Part shown: piece by piece, positions 61,401-64,000 of the stretch
Layout: the number at the start of each line of letters is the position of its first letter
How positions within the stretch are numbered: the first letter of the stretch is position 1
Origin: an uncultured Aestuariivirga sp.
GTDB taxonomy: Bacteria; Pseudomonadota; Alphaproteobacteria; Rhizobiales; Aestuariivirgaceae
DNA: 64,000 bases
Direction: 5' to 3'
Assembly: GCA_964247245.1 (NCBI GenBank)
Contig: CAXTTK010000013.1
Span: 17,905-81,904, forward strand
Notes under the pieces: generated by a model
Told to the model about the DNA's origin: nothing
Seen by the model: the letters and a program-made list of their open reading frames with translations, nothing else
The model's database searches: none
Translations under genes and position numbers: made by a program

Positions 61401-61921
61401 ATCAATCCGCCACGCACTGCAAAGTCGCCGCGATCAACAACCGTGCCACAGCGCGAATAGCCATTGTTGATGAGGAAGGCTTGCAGCACATCATCTTTGA
61501 TGCTTTGGCCGGGAACAGCTGTGAAGCTTCCACCTTCAATCAAGCTCTTTGGAACGACGCGCTGGAGTACCGCATTGATAGTAGTGAGCAGCAAGTAAGG
61601 CTTGGTTGCAGGTGTTATTAGTTCGGCCAAAACCGAAAGTCGTTTCGCTAAAATATCAGCCGACGGAGACACGCGGTCGTAGGGCAAGCAATCCCAAGCC
61701 GGAAAGCGTTTGATCTCCAAACTGGGTGCAAAAAATTTGATCTGTTCTTCAAGTTCAGACAAATGCTGATCGTCACGACAAACATGCACGAGCCCACGAT
61801 TGCCTGCGCCCACGGCAAGCTTGGGCAAAACTTGGGCATCATAGCCTTCAGGCAATGCACCAAGTTGAATGCGGCCGGGTCTAGCGAGACGCTGGATTGT
61901 TGTGTCGATAGGCGTGGTCAT
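58442..61921 (-). CDS. mfd: Transcription-repair coupling factor
   Basis: 1159 aa with helicase motifs GDVGFGKTEV and DEEQHFG plus the C-terminal TRCF domain. Confidence 0.95.
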   Translation of the reverse strand: MTTPIDTTIQRLARPGRIQLGALPEGYDAQVLPKLAVGAGNRGLVHVCRDDQHLSELEEQIKFFAPSLEIKRFPAWDCLPYDRVSPSADILAKRLSVLAELITPATKPYLLLTTINAVLQRVVPKSLIEGGSFTAVPGQSIKDDVLQAFLINNGYSRCGTVVDRGDFAVRGGLIDIFPPGAEQPVRLDFFGDTLESIRQFDAQSQRSTAQLKSLTLHPANEVLLNKNSIATFRTAYAEALGGIDLNDPLYESITNARIYQGMEHWLPLFHSELATLFDYVPDAVWSLSQSNTESMAARHDQVEEFYDARREAMGKQSFGAAPYKPLKPERLYLSETEWNQLCADRTILEISPFENPSRDAVSFSGKQGRSFAAERAEAGGNVYDAVRQHTEQLRKANKRTLISCWSDGSAERLSTILHDHGLAPLVIAKNWAEATKHEVGIVSLIVLPLEQGFETPEQAVISEQDILGDRLVRRARKAKKAADFLSELSSLSPGDLMVHVDHGIGRFEGLRTIEVQGAPHDCLLLIYAENTRLFLPVENLELLSRYGSDAENVQLDRLGGGAWQAKKAKLKQRIREIAGDLIKTAAARELKPGDVFNVPEGAFDEFCARFPYEETEDQLSAIEAVLEDLQKGRPMDRLVCGDVGFGKTEVAMRAAFVAAYAGKQVAIVVPTTLLSRQHYKNFVERFKGLPLRIAQASRLVGAKEIKLVKAGMEDGSVNIVIGTHALLADSVKFRDLGLMIVDEEQHFGVKHKERLKQMRANVHVLTLTATPIPRTLQLALSGVREMSLITTPPLDRLAVRTYISPFDPVTIREHLLREHFRGGQSFYVVPRITDLDEIAEFLREAIPEIKFRTAHGRMSPTELEDIMTGFYDRKFDVLLSTTIVESGLDISTANTMIIHRADMFGLAQLYQLRGRVGRSKQRAYALLTTQPNKKMTPDAERRLKVLQSLDSLGAGFNLASHDLDIRGSGNLLGEEQHGNIREVGFELYQSMLEDAVASMRSGGEELADDGAWSPSINIGTSVLIPETYVTDLQARLGLYRRLSDVQEQSDLDGFAAELHDRFGRKPEEVDHLLDIVSIKLLCRKANVAKVDAGPKGVTIEFRNGIFENPTALVQWIAGQGTLAKLRPDMKLVLTRDWPQAAQRLKGTRLLMQNLVKLAS

Positions 61922-62193
61922 ATCAGCTTTGGCCTAAATCCAATCATCTCATGCAACAGTGGCGTATTCCATCTTTCAGGTACGGGTTCTTGTCCCGTTG
62001 TCCAGCTCAACAATTCTTGATCGGGAATTTCGAGCAGAACTTCGAACAACGCCAATTCACCGGTGTTCATGTCCGAAAGCCGCGCATGTGCAAAACCGCC
62101 GACTACCATATCCATCTCCTTGATGCCGCGATGAGTTGCGCGCCAGAGAAGGCGCTTCCGTGTGATTTCAGTTTTTTGTGAATTGTCGTTCAT
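61918..62193 (-). CDS. sdhE: FAD assembly factor SdhE (DUF339)
   Basis: Start trimmed to MNDNSQ. Contains RGIKEMD (the conserved RG.KE.D motif). 4-nt overlap with the mfd start. Confidence 0.8.
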   Translation of the reverse strand: MNDNSQKTEITRKRLLWRATHRGIKEMDMVVGGFAHARLSDMNTGELALFEVLLEIPDQELLSWTTGQEPVPERWNTPLLHEMIGFRPKLI

Positions 62194-62257
62194 AAGCACC
62201 GCGTCATAACCTTTGATGGGCTTGCACCGCAACCCTATCGCTGCAAAACTAGCTCAT

Positions 62258-64000
62258 ATGCGACCAACTATCCTCACCCCCCTATTTGCCGATGTGACCT
62301 CGATCAAAGGCATTGGCGATAAAATGGCGAAACTTTTGGCCAAGCTGCTGCGCAGTGGCGGGGAAGCTGAACATGCGCGGCTAGTTGATGTGCTGTTCCA
62401 TTTGCCGCACACGCTGGTGGACAGGCGTTATCGCTGCACCATTTCGCAATTGCCTTTGCAAGGCATTGTGACATTGGAAATAACCATTGGCAAACACAAG
62501 CCGCCACCGCGCGGAACGAGGCTGCCCTATAAAATCGAAGCACATGACGATACCGGGATTATGACGCTGTCATTTTTCTCAACCTATATTGATCAACTAA
62601 AGCGGCAATTTCCTGTGGGTGAAAAGCGATTCATTTCCGGCGAGATCAGTTGGTTTGGTGCCGAGGCGCAAATGAGCCATCCTGATTATGTGCTGAATGC
62701 AGATGAATTGGCCAAGATGCCAGTGTTGGAGCCGATCTATCCATTAACAGCGGGGCTATCGTCAAAGCTGCTGAGCAAAGCTGCAAAAGCTGCGCTAGAG
62801 AAACTCCCATCTTTGCCGGAATGGCAAGACGTGGCTTGGTTGCAACGACAGGCTTGGACGGATTTTGGCACGGCACTGAGGAATATGCATACGCCAGAGG
62901 ATTTGACGGTGCTGGCCCCAGATGGCCCAAACCGCTCGCGGCTGGCCTATGACGAGTTACTGGCCAATCAATTGGCGCTGACTTTGGTGCGGGCGCAAAT
63001 GAAGCGCGCATCAGGGCGCAAACTGGGTGGTTCGGGCGATTTGCGCAAGTTGATTATCAACAACCTGCCCTATAGCCTTACAAATGCACAACAATCGGCC
63101 TCGGCTGAGATTTTAGCAGATATGGCCAGCACCAACCGCATGATCAGACTGCTTCAGGGCGATGTGGGCGCGGGCAAAACTGTAGTGGCACTTTTGGCTT
63201 TGGCGACGGCGGTGGAAAGCGGAACCCAAGGCGCATTAATGGTTCCCACTGAAATTCTAGCGCGGCAGCATTTTGTGGGACTTTCAAAACTGATTGAAGG
63301 CACGGGAATCAAGGTTGCGATTTTGACGGGCCGCGAAAAAGGCAAACTGCGTGAGGAAACTTTGGCAGGGCTGATCTCAGGTGAGATCAATATTTTGATC
63401 GGGACCCATGCACTGTTTCAAGATGGCGTTGAGTTTCATGATCTGGGTTTGGCTGTGGTGGATGAGCAACACCGCTTTGGTGTGCATCAACGCTTAGCGC
63501 TGCAAGGCAAGTCTGAAGGCAAGACGGATTTGCTAGTGATGACGGCAACACCTATCCCGCGCACGCTCGCTTTGACCGCTTACGGCGATATGGATGTTTC
63601 AAAGATTACCGAAAAGCCAGCCGGGCGATTACCTATTGATACGCGGGTTTTATCGACGGGCCGTTATGATGAAGTGATCAGCGGCTTGCACCGCAGCTTG
63701 ACCACGGGTGCGCGCGCCTATTGGGTCTGCCCTTTGGTGGAAGAAAGTGAGTTTGTGGATTCCGCAGCAGCGGAGAAAAGATTTGAAGCACTGGCCGAAG
63801 AATTTCCAAACCAAGTTGGCTTGATCCATGGTCGGATGAAGGGTGTGGAAAAAGATGAAGTGATGATGCGCTTTAAAACTGGCGCGCTTTGCATATTGGT
63901 TTCAACGACTGTGATTGAAGTGGGTGTGGATGTGCCTGAAGCCTCAATCATGATTATTGAAAATGCCGAACGCTTTGGGCTTGCGCAACTCCACCAGTTG
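62258..64000 (+). CDS. recG: ATP-dependent DNA helicase RecG, N-terminal about 580 aa (runs off window)
   Basis: Hand translation from the ATG at 62258 gives MRPTILTPLFADVTSIKGIGDKMAK. Motifs GDVGAGKT and DEQHRFGV. The frame stays open to the window end. Confidence 0.9.
   Translation, partial: MRPTILTPLFADVTSIKGIGDKMAKLLAKLLRSGGEAEHARLVDVLFHLPHTLVDRRYRCTISQLPLQGIVTLEITIGKHKPPPRGTRLPYKIEAHDDTGIMTLSFFSTYIDQLKRQFPVGEKRFISGEISWFGAEAQMSHPDYVLNADELAKMPVLEPIYPLTAGLSSKLLSKAAKAALEKLPSLPEWQDVAWLQRQAWTDFGTALRNMHTPEDLTVLAPDGPNRSRLAYDELLANQLALTLVRAQMKRASGRKLGGSGDLRKLIINNLPYSLTNAQQSASAEILADMASTNRMIRLLQGDVGAGKTVVALLALATAVESGTQGALMVPTEILARQHFVGLSKLIEGTGIKVAILTGREKGKLREETLAGLISGEINILIGTHALFQDGVEFHDLGLAVVDEQHRFGVHQRLALQGKSEGKTDLLVMTATPIPRTLALTAYGDMDVSKITEKPAGRLPIDTRVLSTGRYDEVISGLHRSLTTGARAYWVCPLVEESEFVDSAAAEKRFEALAEEFPNQVGLIHGRMKGVEKDEVMMRFKTGALCILVSTTVIEVGVDVPEASIMIIENAERFGLAQLHQL

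Overview
This is a chromosomal segment of roughly 50% GC from an alphaproteobacterium with Rhizobiales-like gene order. It is mostly housekeeping genes. In window order they are: metZ' (partial), rhodanese, a dimethylglycine/sarcosine-type dehydrogenase, a 1-Cys peroxiredoxin, gatA-gatC, ruvX, pyrB, a pyrC-like gene, plsY, dprA, topA, rnr, rpmG, scpB-scpA, nagZ, a large SPOR protein, argS, dgt, erpA, xth, phasin, a DD-carboxypeptidase, a class III aminotransferase, RidA, GDPD, HIT, clpA-clpS, parE, an APC permease, homospermidine synthase, an orphan family-5 SBP, a DsbA-like protein, mfd, sdhE and recG' (partial). I saw no rRNA, tRNA, IS element, integrase or CRISPR array. The main finding is an AT-rich insertion of about 2.3 kb (about 7830-10160) between ruvX and pyrB. 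It carries a translationally coupled gene pair: a 325-aa protein with a nucleoside-deoxyribosyltransferase-like N-terminal motif and a probable winged-helix C-terminal part, followed by a 329-aa reverse transcriptase. The RT has retron hallmarks (NAxxH, DxxxFFxSI, YADD, VTG). Structured non-coding DNA containing a perfect 19-bp hairpin lies upstream. I read this as a type II-A-like (St85/Sen2-like order) retron defence module whose msr/msd boundaries I could not resolve by eye. Secondary observations: (1) a dispersed REP-like palindrome family at 4 loci, one a solo half at the retron edge; (2) a PyrC-like protein with degenerate metal-binding and catalytic motifs; (3) a CDF transporter with three tandem cytoplasmic domains; (4) an AT-rich orphan ORF with OmpA-like motifs in apparently permuted order; (5) tandem small secreted paralogues; (6) several structured intergenic regions. 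Many ORF-track starts were trimmed to internal ATGs supported by RBS or overlap logic. All family calls are from motif recognition by eye, not from searches.
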